A DNA stretch of 64,000 bases, from NCBI RefSeq assembly GCF_021028975.2, contig NC_059439.1, positions 23,746,001-23,810,000 on the forward strand. The letters run 5' to 3'. The notes under the pieces are model-generated. The model did not search any database. It was not told the origin of the DNA and saw only the letters and a program-made list of their open reading frames with translations. This DNA is from Sphaerodactylus townsendi. Taxonomy: Eukaryota. Each line of letters opens with the position of its first letter. Position 1 is the first letter of the stretch. The position numbers were made by a program, and so were the translations under genes. Positions 11,101 to 24,820 of this stretch are shown one piece after another.

Positions 11101-12219
11101 TAAGTGATCCTGGCCCATAGTGTCCTGTTTTGTTCCTGGTCCGGTCTACTGTTACGTAGGTACTTCTCCAATGATTAATGAGATTGCTAGAGGAATTGAC
11201 AGTTTAATCACATGTATTGGAAATGGTTTATCAATCAGTTAAGCAATGAAATCACCAGAAGAGACAATGCTTTCTGTGTATAAGAAATGCTTCTCTTATG
11301 ATGGACCTTGCCAACTGCAGTTGTGATAATTATCAATATTTTAAAAGATGGATTGGATCCAAAGCATTACAGGAGGACAGCCCTCCCTTCCTTTGTAGAC
11401 CACAGTGCCCCGCCCTATAAAAATGTTGTGGAAAATGATGGTAATGTATCTGTTAACTCAGCCAGTTCAACTTTGCAGTATGCTCACTTCGGAAGTTCCC
11501 AGAGGAGATCACCCAGGAGCATAAACCATGTCAATTGTGTTTGGTGAACAAACTGGACTCAGAATCAAGATCACTTCTTCCTATATGAATGTGATTAAGA
11601 AACCATTAGTTCTGCTGATGAATCAGTAACAGAGGGGGCTGACTGTGTAAACAGTAAAGACTTTAGTAAGTTCAAATTTATTTTATTTGAAAACTTTTGC
11701 TGTTATTCTGAAGGAGCAGCCAAAGAGAATTTCTAGAAGATCTAACTAATGCGAAGCCATTTTAGAGCTGGATTATTTGGCAAGGTTGTTAAATTTTAAC
11801 GACAATACTTGAATGTCATAGTTCCAAGTATGCAAGCTGCATTGGATTCAATTTGAGAGTTTTAAAAAGGTGCTAATATCTGCCTTAGGAATCAATGGGA
11901 TGTTACAGCACATGAAAAAGTACTGGATCCCATAGTGAGCTTCATATAGTACTTTACAGTCCATATGGGCATTTTCTCACACCAGAAAAGAATCTTGAGC
12001 TCTAACCAAATGTTGCAGACCTTATATCACTTGGTTCCCTTGTAAAGAAGTTTGTCGCTGGGGTTTTTGTTGTTGTCATTTTGGACCACTTTCCAATCCA
12101 TTCCAGTCCTGTGTATATGTATATTCATCTGCATAAGTGGATGGATGTCTCCATTGATATCAGCAAAGATTGTTGATGTTTGTGTGTCATGTATTCTTGT
12201 TTTAAATGTTGGGTATAAG

Positions 12220-13040
12220 TACTCAAAATGGTGGGAATCTGCCCTTTTATAGTTGGGGGAATTAGCGAGAACAGGCTCTTGGCTTAACAAGGGTTGGGCA
12301 GGAGTGGAATCTTTGTTGTCTATGCATATGGAAGATTGCTTTCACAAGAAATCCACAGGCAAGCAAAGTAAGTTTAACTTTTTTATTAAAGGCAAATTAA
12401 TAAATGCACAAGCACCCAATAATTAAAACAAAAGAATGTACACACAGTCTTAGAATATAAACAGTGTTGAGGGGACAAATTTGGAATAGCAGAGGAATTG
12501 GGGGTATGAGTTATAGTCACCAGATGCTGGAGCAGAATTGTTCAGTGAACAGAGCTGAGCAATTCGCTCTGGCTTTGGTAGAAGAAGGAACCATACTTCA
12601 GGGATAATATCAACAGACAGAGAGGTGTCCAGATATATGGAACACTGGGTGTTGGGAGAGGGAGCTTCTTATAGGGAAAAAGAAACTCTGAGGGTTCTGT
12701 AGAGACCCTTAATCTCCCAACACAGAGTTCAGTTTTTCAAGGACAGGCAAGAATAAAGTGATCAACTTGAATGGGTGATAGTCAAGTTGATAGGTGAAGT
12801 AATTAAAATTAATGTTTGATGCCTAGCATTGATGGGCTAGGCCAGGGAGTGACTCATCACAGCTGCAAAAACATGAGAATGTAAATAAGGTGGTATTTTG
12901 GAGAGAAATTAGTCAGAAAATGAAGTTTAAGATTAGTGCAGTACTGGCAGGAACACTTGGGGCAATTGCATTCGCAAGTCCTTCTCTTAGTGAAGGAGAT
13001 AATCAAGGGCAGGAGATGGGAACCATGGCTTCATGGCAGA
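12220..13040 (-). mobile_element. Solo LTR copy 3
   Basis: Homologous to 307-1144; both junctions slightly deleted. Confidence 0.6.
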
Positions 13041-13249
13041 GATAATCCCTGCAGTAAGGGAGTGGCAGTCTATTTTCAAGGGAGATACAGGCAAGGGCAA
13101 GACCACCATGGTTCAGTCTGGTAATAGCATCGTTCACAGATGGCTTCTTATCCAGAATCCATACAGGTATACACCCATTCAGCTTCAGCGGTAGAATTCA
13201 TACCATTATGTGGTTCTTGCACTGGAACAGTACAAAATTGTCCAAATAT

Positions 13250-13686
13250 TTATTTATTTATTTATTTTATTATTTCGGTTTCTATACCGCCCCATCCCCG
13301 AAGGGCTCTGGGCGGTGTACAGCAGACCAGTATATATAGAGTAAAACAACTAAAACCATTAAAAGCAGCGATACAAATAAAGCTGAACGGTGCCCCCCCA
13401 CTGCTCTGTGCCTGGGACAGTTACATCAGTTACATCAGGGTCCCCTCATATTGAGGGGCCCCACCGCCCCCCCCCCTCATGGGGGAAGGTTTTAAATTGG
13501 GGTTGGACGCCTCTTGTTGTTATTATGTATTATGGTTATTCGCTGTTTTAATGAGTTTTAAGCTATTTTATGGGATGGAGCTTATGTATTTATATTTGTA
13601 TGACTGCTCCTGTTGATGTTCAAATAATGTTGTTCACCGCCCGGAGCCCTTCGGGAATCGGGTGGTATATAAATTTAAGAAATAAA

Positions 13687-13723
<37 letters not shown>

Positions 13724-14045
13724 AGCTAAACATAATAACAAGTTACCATAAGCAAGTGGCATCCTGAAGCTCCATTTTTAGATCCTCTTTCAGGAGGGAG
13801 GAACGATAAACCCCGAGATGGCAGAGGCCCAGATGTAAAGGCCGGGGGGGGCAGGCCGGGCCAGGGGGGCACCATCAATGGCTGGTTCCTCCAAAGGCCC
13901 GGCGGAAATTCAGAAAGATCCCGCAGGGCCCGGACAGCTGGTGGAAGGGTGTTCCACCAGGCTGGGGCCAGGGCCGTGAAGGTCCTGGCCCGTGTGGAGG
14001 CCAGCCGTATCATCGATGGGCCAGGGACCACCAGTAAATTGGCTT
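13250..14045 (-). mobile_element. 5'-truncated L2 LINE with a nested opposite-orientation L2 tail (~13480-13725)
   Basis: Encodes RLASTRARTFTALAPAWWNTLPPAVRAL (L2 ORF2 C-terminal AP..WN.LP motif); (TTTA)n tail; absent from paralogous units; AATATT on both flanks. Confidence 0.8.
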
Positions 14046-14296
14046 CAATATTACAGTTTAGATCCAGTCATTATTTTTACTCACAGCCACTTGGTTCCCT
14101 CATTGTACATGCCTTTTGTCCATGCAGCTTCCATGATGTCCAGTGCAGCTTTTTTGCAGGTAGGGTGGGTGGGTGAAAAGAGTTTCTTCCTTTCTAACTA
14201 GCAAGAAAGATTTTTCAGATACAGCCCTATGTATAACCATATAACTGTTGTCTCTTTAATTTTTCATTTTATGTGTATTTCCTTTTATTTTCCAGG

Positions 14297-15259
14297 ATGT
14301 TGACTGAGAAAGAATATATTCTACAGAATAGCACAGCACAGTTTGAATTCATCCTTCTGGGTCTTTCTGATGAACCCAACGTGCAAAGCATATTATTTGC
14401 CATTTTTCTCGTGATCTATATCATCATTCTGGCAGGGAATCTTCTCATCATTCTTCTCACGTTGCTGGATCCAGCCCTTCACACACCCATGTATTTCTTC
14501 TTGAGAAACCTGTCCTTCTTAGAGATCTGTTACACATCAGTCAATGTCCCAAAGATGCTTCGCAATCTTATGTCTGGGAACAAGTCCGTCTCTTTCCTAG
14601 GATGTGCTGCACAGACTTATTTTACATTCTTTCTTGGTGGTTCAGAATGTTTCCTCTTTAGCTACTATTTCTACGATAAGCTATGTTGCCATTTGTAAAT
14701 CTCTTCACTACCCTGTCCTCATATGAACAACAAAGGGTGTGTACCTGGGTCTAGCTGGCTGGCCTCTTGGATTAGTAAACTTTTATGTCCAACTGGTCAC
14801 ACCAGTATGGTGTTTACCTTGTCCTTTTGTGGGTCCAATGAGATTAACCACTTCTTTTGTGACATCCCCCCATTACTGAAATTGGCTTGTGGGGACACTT
14901 CCAGGACAGAAATAGCTGTGTTTGCTGTAGCGATGATATTTATAACTTTTCCGTTTGTCTTGATCTTAATGTCTTATGCTGGTATCATTACCACCATTCT
15001 GGGGATTTCTTCTGCTGAGGGCCGAAAAAAGGCTTTCTCCACCTGCTCATCACACCTCATTGTGGTGATCTTATTCTTTGGTTCTGGATGCATTATATAC
15101 TTGAAACCCAATTCAACTTATTCACCTAACATTGATAAATATCTGTCTCTTTTCTACACAGTTTTTAGCCCAATATTGAATCCTATCATATACAGCTTGC
15201 GGAATAAGGAAGTTAAATGTGCCCTTAAGAAAATCTGGGAGAGAAAACTTTTTCGATGA
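14297..15259 (+). pseudogene. Olfactory receptor paralog (unit 3), frameshifted as assembled
   Basis: Clean OR sequence 14297-~14655 and ~14793-15259; dense indels and substitutions across the TM3/DRY-TM4 region split it into two ORFs. May be sequence error. Confidence 0.8.
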
Positions 15260-15707
15260 TCAAAGAACCTGGTAATATAGTGTAATATCCCAAATACAGA
15301 AGGCACAATTTGTGCCTGGTTATCACTAATGGAAAAATTTATTTCACCAAAGGAGCTGGATCAAATATCTTTTGCAGGAAGAAATGTAGCCAGCCTAATT
15401 TATATTCGTTATCCCTCTGAAACATAAAGACTGACTAGAAAAGAGCAAACTGGTTAACAGGAATGTGCTAGGTCAGGTTTTTTGTTAGAATTTTTGTCCT
15501 GGACAGTGTTCCCAGAACAACTTCCTTTGCAGCACTTTTTGATAATACGATGCCAATGTACATTCTATAGCACACTGTTATTTGGCTTTTATACCTAGTC
15601 TAAACAAGAGGTTAGTGTACTTAAGCATTTGATGAATTAATGTGAGATCCAAGCAGCTTTTTACAGGTGAAAAAAGAAGTTTTCCCCCTTAACCAAGTGT
15701 AGAGGCT

Positions 15708-15849
15708 NNNNNNNNNNNNNNNNNNNNNNNNNNNNNNNNNNNNNNNNNNNNNNNNNNNNNNNNNNNNNNNNNNNNNNNNNNNNNNNNNNNNNNNNNNNNN
15801 NNNNNNNNNNNNNNNNNNNNNNNNNNNNNNNNNNNNNNNNNNNNNNNNN
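15708..15849. other. Assembly gap (N run)
   Basis: Run of n. Confidence 0.99.
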
Positions 15850-16785
15850 CCATTGGCCTTCACGGTCTCCTCATACACAACATAATAAAATTAAAACATA
15901 CACGAAAACATCCCATATCCCAACAAAGAAAAAATAAACTTAATTAATCCTAATACAAATATCCCTGTCAAATGATTAAAACACATCGTCAGTACATCAT
16001 AAGTAGCCTGATTCTTCTTGCGGCATGAGCAAAAAGTGCTACTCAATTGGAAATGCATGGATTGCCATCAGATAGTAGCCAAATTAGTTTCTCAGTGTTG
16101 TCAGTATCCCCCACGATTGGGAGAAGTTCTTTAATATATTTAGTCCTGATGTCATCATAAAGAGGACACTCCAAAACATAATGCTGAATTTCCTCATCTG
16201 CTTCACTGCCACAAGTGCATCTATAGTTAGGTACTGGCACATTACTACATTGAGCATTGTACACTGCCATTGGTATAGCCTGGAATCTCAGGTTAGTAAA
16301 TGCCATTCTGAGAATATAAGTTGACAAATTCTCTAAATATGGCAACCTGATATGGTCCTTCTTAAAAAGTTTTAAAAGGGGGGCAACTTTGGACTGATTA
16401 ATTCAATCTCTGTTTATTAATGCATCCATGTGAATGGTCCAGTCCCTCGAATCCATTCCGTGGCTACCACTATTGAAAACATCATCAGGTATGGGATATT
16501 GTGTTAGAATTAAAGTAAGATATTATGAATGAGATTTATCTTGGACCATTTTCTTGGACCATTCTTGGACCCTCCAACTTATCTACTACATCATTAATAT
16601 ACAAGTTGAACAAGAGAGAGGTCAACATGCACACCTGCTTTACCCCTTTATCTACTGGTATTGCGCTGGTCAATGAATCAGAACATCCTACCTTAATTCT
16701 AATAGAAGTATCCTAATGAAGTTGCTGCATTAAGTAGACCAAGCGAGGATCAGCCGTAAGATTTAGAAGGTTGGTGAGGCTGGTT
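15850..16785 (-). mobile_element. Decayed LINE (RTE-X-like): RT fragment plus C-terminal CCHC region
   Basis: RCTCG...EEIQHYVLECPLYDDIR (ORF 16043-16345); GVKQ.C.L...LFNLYIND at ~16590-16650. Paralogous copies at ~23600-24258 and ~25410-25900. Confidence 0.75.
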
Positions 16786-17179
16786 TGACTGGGCCTGAAC
16801 TCTGGAGGAAGCTCTAAGGAAGGTGAGGCATCTGAACTGGGTATATTCAATGTCAACCCTTCTCCTCACTTGCAACCTTCACCACTGTCACTAAATAGGT
16901 ATATGTTAGCCCAGATGGTCATGGCTTCTTAAGGGCCTTTGTGTACATTACATTATTCTCACCTGCACTCCAAATCTGCCCCAGGTGCACATATGCATAA
17001 GAAGAGCCCTGCTGGAGCATACCAGTTGTCCATCTAGTCAGCATCCTTTCTCACACAGTGGCCAGTCAGTTACTGAGGACCAGTTCATGGACATAGTGGC
17101 TGAGCCCTTCCTCTGAACTTGTTTCTTGATACTAGTATTGAGAATTTTGCTGTGCTGATTGTGAAGGTTAATTTCAGTC

Positions 17180-17337
17180 ACCATGTCTATAACCTCTGAT
17201 AGATCAATCCTCCATGTCTGTAGCTAATTTCATTTTAAGGTCATGTATTTTTTATTACTTTCACCATGTCTATAACCTCTGATAGATTAATCCTCCATGT
17301 CTGTAGCTAATTTCATTTTAAGGTCATGTATTTTTTT
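17180..17337. repeat. Local tandem duplication (~82 bp x2)
   Basis: CACCATGTCTATAACCTCTGATAGAT...AAGGTCATGTATTTT occurs twice. Confidence 0.85.
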
Positions 17338-17349
17338 ATGTCTTTCACT

Positions 17350-17737
17350 CAGGCTGACCAGACGTCCCGCTTTTGGTGGGACAGTCCCGCCTTCAAACAA
17401 TTTGTCCATCATCCCGCGGGTTATTTTAATTGTCCCAATTTTTGGGACAATTATGGGGCGCAAGGCAGTGCGGCAGCCTCCCAAAAAACAGGACAATTGA
17501 AATAACCCGCGGGATGCAGAACAAATTGTCTGCGGGGGGAGCGGCCCGGGATCTGAAGGCGTTTCTGTCCATGGGGGGGCTTTGCCATTCACGCATGCGC
17601 ACACAGCTGCAGGAGCAAGGCCTTCTGGGGCTTGCCGTTTCCTGCCTCCTGCGGCTGCACACACATGCACGCACGCGCATGTGCGGCCACTTACTTCCCC
17701 CGTCCCGGTTCACAAAGGTGATCATCTGGTCACCTTA
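17350..17737. mobile_element. Non-autonomous hAT DNA transposon
   Basis: TIRs CAGGCTGACCAGA / TCTGGTCACCTTA; 8-bp TSD CTTTCACT (17342-17349, 17738-17745); empty paralogous site near 8900. Confidence 0.85.
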
Positions 17738-19013
17738 CTTTCACTACATCCTGTGTTGGCAAATGCCTCATCTTAATTACTGGTTGAATCTAAAAGTACT
17801 TGCTATTGTCCATTCTGAACTAATTCCCATCCGCTGCATTCTAGTATTTTGGGGAAAGGGAATTCAGAGAACCCAGTGAATTTGATCCCAGTGGTCTGAC
17901 GTGTGACGTGTTCTCTGGGTTTCAGGCACAGAACTGAAGTCCAAGGAGCTTGATTTGTATTGAGACTGTTGGGCAGGGATAGGGGACTATGGCTCTGCCA
18001 CTGTTTTCCTGACTTGAAATAACTGGAGGAGCTGCTATTTGTACAGCTGACAAAACATATATGTAACCATCAGGACATGGATAATAAGACCCTGAGTATT
18101 CCTGGATGTATAAATGATTTTAAAAGGATGATTCCGCTAAAAAGAAATGTATATTTGAGAAGAGACCATCTACCTCCTGGTAGAAGATGAAATGGTGCTG
18201 GTTGTTATTAAGATGACTGCTGGAGATCTTACAGTTAAACCATGATGGTCCAATTTGTGTTTATGTACATAAAATTTCTATAATTACTTAAGAAAAGGCT
18301 GGGATGAGTTCTCTGTGTTATCTTAAGGATGTTGCTCCCATGATAATACATGAAAAGTTGGCCCAAGAACTCTAATTCATATTGACCAGAATCATGTAGA
18401 TGCCAAAAGCAGCGCAAGGGAATCAGACGACAGTTTCCAGCCTCCGGCACGAGTGGTAGATTCTCTGCTCCCAATCTTTCCCACCACTGTTTCAATCCAT
18501 AACAGGAAGAAATAAGTGGCTGTCAGACTGGTGATCTGCCATCAGTTCTGGAGAAAAACTAGAAGTGATTTCAGTTTTTAACACAATTCTGGGCCAAATA
18601 GCATCCCCAATGACATGAAGATGTCACTTATAGTGTGTGTGGCTTTGCTGTGATGGCAGCCTCGACCTCCCCTTGCTGCCAATAAGTGCCACTAAAGCCT
18701 GTTGAGGAATTGGGGGGGGGTACAGCCTGGGAGGGGGGATTTCTAAGCCCAATGGAAGCTTGGCAGTTCCAGGAAGTACGGGTCTGCATACTTGATGGAA
18801 CACCCGTGCATGCAAAATAAGAACTGTTCTCTTAAAGAAACAGAAGCTTTATTTGGGGAAGCTGTCAGTCACCCAAATTAGGCATTTCATATCATCAGTA
18901 TCAAAAATATCAAAGATGAAAAGTAACAAACATATTTAAAAAATATTCAAAGATTAAAAAATATACAACTTGAGGCACAGGAGGAAATATGATTGCCCAA
19001 TTAGCCTTCCTAA

Positions 19014-19165
19014 GGCCCCTTCTGCACATACAGAATAATGAACTTTCAATGCACTTTCAATGCACTTTAAAGCATGATTTTACTGTACTGAATAGCAAAA
19101 TCCACTTTCAAACAACTCTGAAAGTAGATTGAATGTGCATTATTCTGCATGTGCAGAAGGGGCCT
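19014..19165. mobile_element. PIF/Harbinger-like MITE (paralog of 10950)
   Basis: TIR GGCCCCTTCTGCACAT / ATGTGCAGAAGGGGCC. Confidence 0.75.
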
Positions 19166-20355
19166 ACGTGATCCTGAACCTTAGGTTTTTTTTTCCTAGT
19201 CAGGTCTACCCTTATATAGGTACATCTCCCATAACTAATGGAATTCCTAGAAAAAGGTTAATAACATGCATTTGAGATGATCAATCAGTTAAGCAATGAA
19301 ATCACCAGAAGAGTCAATGCTTCCTGTGTATAAGAAGCAATACTTCTATAATGAAGGCCCTTGCCAACTGCAGTTTTGATAATTATCCATATTTTAAAAG
19401 ATGGGTTGGATTCAAAGCATTACAGGAGGGCTACCTCCCTACTTCTGTAGACCACAGTTCTCTCCCCCCCCCAAAAAAAAAATAAGTAAAAAACCTTTGT
19501 GGAAAATGATGTTAATGTATCTGTTCGCTCAGCCAGTTCAACTTTGCTGTATGCTCACATCAGAAGTTCCCAAAGGAGATCACCTAGGTGCATAAACCAT
19601 GTCAATTATGTTTGGTGAACAGACAGAAACCAGAATCAAGATCACTCCTTCCTATGTGAATATAACTAAGAAACCATTAGTGTTGCTGATGAATCAGTAA
19701 CGGAGAGGGATGACTGTGTAAACATTAGAGACTCCAGTAAGTTCAGATTATATTATTTGAAAACTTCTGTTGGGATTGTGAAGGAGCAGACTAAGTGGAT
19801 TTCTTAAAGTTCTTACTAATGCTTAGCCATTTTTAGAGCTGGATTATTTGGCAAGATTGTTGCATTTTAATGACAATACCTGAATGCCATAGTTCCAAGG
19901 ATGCAAGCTGCATTGGATTCAGTTTGAGTGTGTTAAGAAGGTGCTAATATCTGCTGTAGGAATCAGTGGGGCTTATCAGCACATGAAAAAGTGCTACATT
20001 CTACAGTTAGCTTCATATAGTACTTTAGAGTACATGTGGTACTCTCATACACCAGAAAAAAGAATCTTGCGACCTAACCAAATATTATTGGCTGACCTTA
20101 AGGTCACTTGGTTCCCTTGTACAAAAGTTTGTTCCTGAGTTTTTTTGTTTTGCTTTTGTACCACTTTAAATTGAGACAGAATTAAGCACCATAGTCCAGC
20201 CCATTCCAGTTCTGAATGCATGTCTGCACATCTGTATAAGTGGATGGATATCCCCATTGATATCATCAGAGGTTGTTGATAGGTTCTGATGTGTTTTCCA
20301 GGCTGTTGATGTTTCTGTGTCATGTATTCTTGTTTTTAATGTTGGGTTTAGGTAT

Positions 20356-21365
20356 TGTTACTCATTTCATTTCATTATACCTTTACTGGCATATTAAAGG
20401 ATTTATCACTGAATTGTGAAATGTATGACAATCATTTTTTTTTTAAAGATATTGTTACTCAAAATGGGGTGGGAATCTGTCCTATTAGATTTGGGAGAAT
20501 TAGTGAGAACAGACTCTTGGCTAAAGAATGGTTGGGCACGAGTGGAATCTTTGTTGGATATGTATATAGATGGCTGCTTTGGTAAGAAATCCACAGATGA
20601 GCAAAGTAAGTTTAACTTTTTTTATTAAAGGAGAAAATAAAAACAAGCACACAATAATAAAAACAACAGAACATATACATAGGTCAAGAAAATAAACAGT
20701 TTTCAGGAGAAAATTTTTGGAATAGCAGAGGAATTGAGGGATATATGCAGAGGTGGGATCCAACCAGTTCTCACCACTTCTCTAGAAGTGGTTACTAATT
20801 TTTTCTGAGTGCCGAGAAGGGGTTACTAAAACGTACCTCCCTGCCCAATAGGGACTGGAGGTGCGTGTGTGCGGCAGCACCACTGTTTGAGTCCCACCAC
20901 CATCGGAACCTGTTATTAAAATTTTTGGATCCCCCCACTGGATATATGTTATTGTCACCGGATCCTGGAGCAGAATGGTCCAATGAAGAGAGAATGAAGT
21001 AAACTTTGAGGGTTTTGTAGTGACCCTTAATCTCCCAAGTCAAAGTTGAAGTTCAGTTTTCCAGGGAAAGACAAGAGTGAAGTGATCAACTTGAATGGGT
21101 GATATTCAAGTTGATGAGTGAAATAATTAAAATTAATGTTTGGTGCTTAGCATTGATGGGCTTGGCCAGGGACTGACTCAATCACGGCTGCAAAACAATT
21201 AGAATATAAATAAGATGGTTCTTTGGTGAGAAATTAGTGAAAAAAGGAAGTTGAAGATTAGTACAGTACTGGCATGAACACATGTGGCAATGACCTTAGC
21301 AAGTCTTTGTCTTAGTGAGGTGGATTGTCAAGGTCTGGAGATGGAAAGCTAGGTTAAATGGCAGA
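20356..21365 (-). mobile_element. Solo LTR copy 4, with nested LINE tail, nested hAT MITE and an internal deletion
   Basis: Homologous to 307-1144; GGTAT at 20351-20355 and 21366-21370. Confidence 0.65.
20748..20940. mobile_element. hAT MITE nested in LTR copy 4
   Basis: TIR CAGAGGTGGGATCC / GGATCCCCCCACTG; perfect 8-bp TSD GATATATG. Confidence 0.88.
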
Positions 21366-21980
21366 GGTATTCCTTTTGCTATAATCCTTGCAGTAAGGGA
21401 GTGGTAATCTATGGCCTAGGAGCAGTATATAGGCAAGGGGGGCAAGAGAGACCAGAGGAGATTGCATGTGGTCTTTCACAGTATCCTAGCCAATGCAGAC
21501 GTGGGCCAGTCTTTCATTTTTGACAAGGTTCTGCTAGGAGCCCCATGTGTTGGCAGGAGGGGCAGAACTGGAAAACAGGGCTCCCCCACCCCACCATGGT
21601 TCAGTCTGGTAACAGTATGGTTCTCAGCAGGCTTATTATCCAGAATCCATATAGCTATACACCCCCTTAGCTTCAGTGTGGTAGAATTCATACCATTATG
21701 TGGTTCTTGCACTGGAACGGTCCAAAATAGTCTGAATATTACAGTTTAGATCCAGCCACTATTTTTACTCACAGTCAGTTGGTTCCCTTATTGTACATGG
21801 CTTTTGTCCATACAGCTTCCATGACATTCAATAAAGCCTTTTTTGGGAAGGGTGGGGGGTTAAAGAGTTTCTTCATTTCTAACTAGCAAGAACGATAGTT
21901 GGATACAACCCTATGTATAACCATACAACGGTTTTCTCTTCAATTCTTAATTTGATTTGTATTTCCTTTTATTTTCCAGG

Positions 21981-22970
21981 ATGTTGACTAAGAAAGAAAA
22001 TATTCCACAGAATAGCACAGCACTGTTCAAATTCATCCTTCTGGGGTCTTTCTTGATGTGAGCCCAACATTTTAAAGAGCATATTATTTACCATTTTTCT
22101 TGTTATCTATATCATCATTGTGGCAGGAAATCTCCTCATCATTCTCCTCACATTGCTGGATCCGGCCCTTCACACACCCATGTATTTCTTCTTGAGAAAC
22201 CTGTCCTTCTTAGAGATTCATGTGCCACACATCAGTCCAATGTCCCAAAGATGCTTGAGAATCTTATGTCTGGGAACAAGTCCCATCTCTTTCCCTCGGA
22301 TGTGCTGCACAGACGTTATTTTCCCATTCTTTCTTTGGTGGTTCAGAATGTTTCCTCTTAGCTTCAATGGCCTATGATAAGCTTACATTACCATTTGTAA
22401 ACCTCCTTCACTACCATGCCCTCATGAACAGCAAAGTGTGCCTGGGTCTAGCTTTGGCATCTTGGTTAAGTGGCTTTCTTATGTCCTTTGGTCTCACCAG
22501 TATGGTGTTTACCAATATCTTTTGGCTAGGTCCAAATGAGATTTTCAATGCATTTCATTTTGTAGACATTCCCAAGTGGTAGAAATTGGCTTGTGGGGAC
22601 ACCTCTAGGATTGAAACAACTATGTTTGCATTAACGATTATATTTGTAACTTTTCCATTTGTCTTGCTCTTAATATCTTATGCTGGAATCATTGCCACCA
22701 TTCTAGGAATTTCTTCTGCTGAGGGCCGAAAAAAGGCTTTCTCCACCTGCTCATCACACCTCATTGTAGTTGTCTTATTCTATGGGTCTGCAGGCATTAT
22801 GTGCCGAAACCCAATTCCAACTTATTTACCTAACACTGATAAATTTCTGTCTCTTTTGTACACGGTATTTGGCTCCAATATTTAAGATCCTATCATATAC
22901 AGCTTGCTTTGGAATATAAAGAGTTAAAAGTGCCCTTAAGAAAAACTGGGAGAGAAAGGTTTTTGGATGA
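21981..22970 (+). pseudogene. Olfactory receptor paralog (unit 4), multiple frameshifts as assembled
   Basis: ATG after ttccag|G; OR motifs spread over several frames ([23 protein letters not shown]); many single-base indels; TGA at 22968-22970. Confidence 0.8.
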
Positions 22971-24258
22971 TCAAAGAACCTGGTAATATGGTGTAATATC
23001 CCAAATACGGAAGGCATATTTATGCCTGGTTATCACTAATGGATAAATTTATTTCACCAAAGCCGCTGGATCTAATATATTTTTCTAGGCAGCCTAATTT
23101 ATATTCTTTATCACTCTGAAACATAAAGAATGTCTAGTAAAGAGCAAACTGATTAACAAGACTATACTAGGTCAGGGTTTTTTTAGGTTTTTTGTGTTGG
23201 AATTTGTGTCCTGGCTGTATTTCCTGAACAATTTTCTTTGCAGCACTTTTCAATAATACTATGCCAATGTACATACTATAGCACACTGTTATTTGGCTTT
23301 TATACCTAGTCTAAACAAGAGGTTAGTGTACATAAGCATTTGCTGAATTAAAGTGCGATCCAAGCAGCTATTTACGGGTGAAAAAGGGAGTCATACTCCT
23401 TAACCACTTATAGAGGATAAAGTGGGGCTCATGTGTTCTGTATAGACAAATGTCCTGTGTGATTGGGAACACTTGATGAGATGAAGTCATTAGTCATATG
23501 GTTATGCATGCCGCCGCCGGCGTCATCATAGTAGTAGCAGTAGTAACAGTAACAGTAACTTTGTTGTCTTGGTCATTGACCTTCACAGTCTCTTCATACT
23601 CAACCTAATATAATTAAAACATACACAAAAACACCCCATATCCCGACAAAGAAAAAAATAAACTTAATTAATCCTAATACAAATATCCCTGTCAAATGAT
23701 TAAAACACATTGCCATTACACCCTATGTACCCTGATTCTTCTTGTGGCATGAGCAAAAAGTGCTACTCAATTGGAAATGTTTGGGTCACCATCGGATAGT
23801 AGCAAATCAGTTTCTCAGTGTTGTCAGTATCCCCCCCAATTGGGAGAAGTTCTTTAATATATTTAGTCCTGATGTCATCATAAAGAGGACACTCAAAACA
23901 TAATCTTCAAGATTTCCTCATCTGCTTCACTGCCACAAGTGCATCTATAGTTAGGTACTGGCACATTACTACATTGAGCATTGTACACTGCCATTGGTAT
24001 AGCCTGGAATCTCAGGTTAGTAAATGCCATTCTAAAAATAGAAGTCTACACATTCTCTAAATATGGCAACCTGATATGGTCCTTCTTAAAAAGTTTTAAA
24101 AGGGGCAACTTTAGGACCAATTAATTCAATCTCTGTTTATTAAATGCATCCATGTAAATGGTCAAGTCCTGATCCATTCATTGTACCACTGTAGAAAGCT
24201 TATCATCAGGTATGGGATATTGTGTTAGAATTAAAGTAAGATATTATGGAATGAGATT

Positions 24259-24498
24259 GGCCGAAAAAAGGCTTTCTCCACCTGCTCATCACACCTCATT
24301 GTAGTTGTCTTATTCTATGGGTCTGCAGGCATTATGTACTTGAAACCCAATTCAACTTATTCACCTAACACTGATAAATTTCTGTCTCTTTTCTACACGG
24401 TGTTTAGCCCAATATTGAATCCTATCATATACAGCTTGCGGAATAAGGAAGTTAAAAGTGCCCTTAAGAAAAACTGGGAAAGAAAAGTTTTTGGATGA
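24259..24498 (+). pseudogene. 3' fragment (TM6-TM7 and tail) of a sixth OR paralog most similar to unit 4
   Basis: In-frame [79 protein letters not shown], joined directly to a LINE fragment at 24258. Confidence 0.88.
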
Positions 24499-24519
24499 TC
24501 AAAGAACCTGGTAATATGG

Positions 24520-24820
24520 TGTTTGTGCAACACTCACACTGGAACACACAGCAGGAACTGAGACGCACACAGCTATATCAGCTTCCCAGAAGCGGTCCTT
24601 CTTTATTAAGTTCACAGCAATGTTGCTCTCTCTGACAAAGTGCTTCGCCAGACAACCAGAAGACAAGAGTCTCACAATACATAGCACACTGCTGCATTAT
24701 ATGCATTTCATCCACCAATCAGAAAACCTTTCCAATTAGCTCCAGAAAGAGGCTGTCATACAGAGGTGGTCATATGACACCTGTCATTTAGATTGTGTAG
24801 ATCAGACATATGCTCTGACA
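24520..24820 (-). mobile_element. Short solo LTR (~300 bp, possibly Copia-like)
   Basis: Minus strand begins TGTCAGAG and has TATA-like CATATAATG and AATAAA (24602-24607). Replaces ~250 bp present in the sister copy, so no TSD is visible. Confidence 0.5.
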
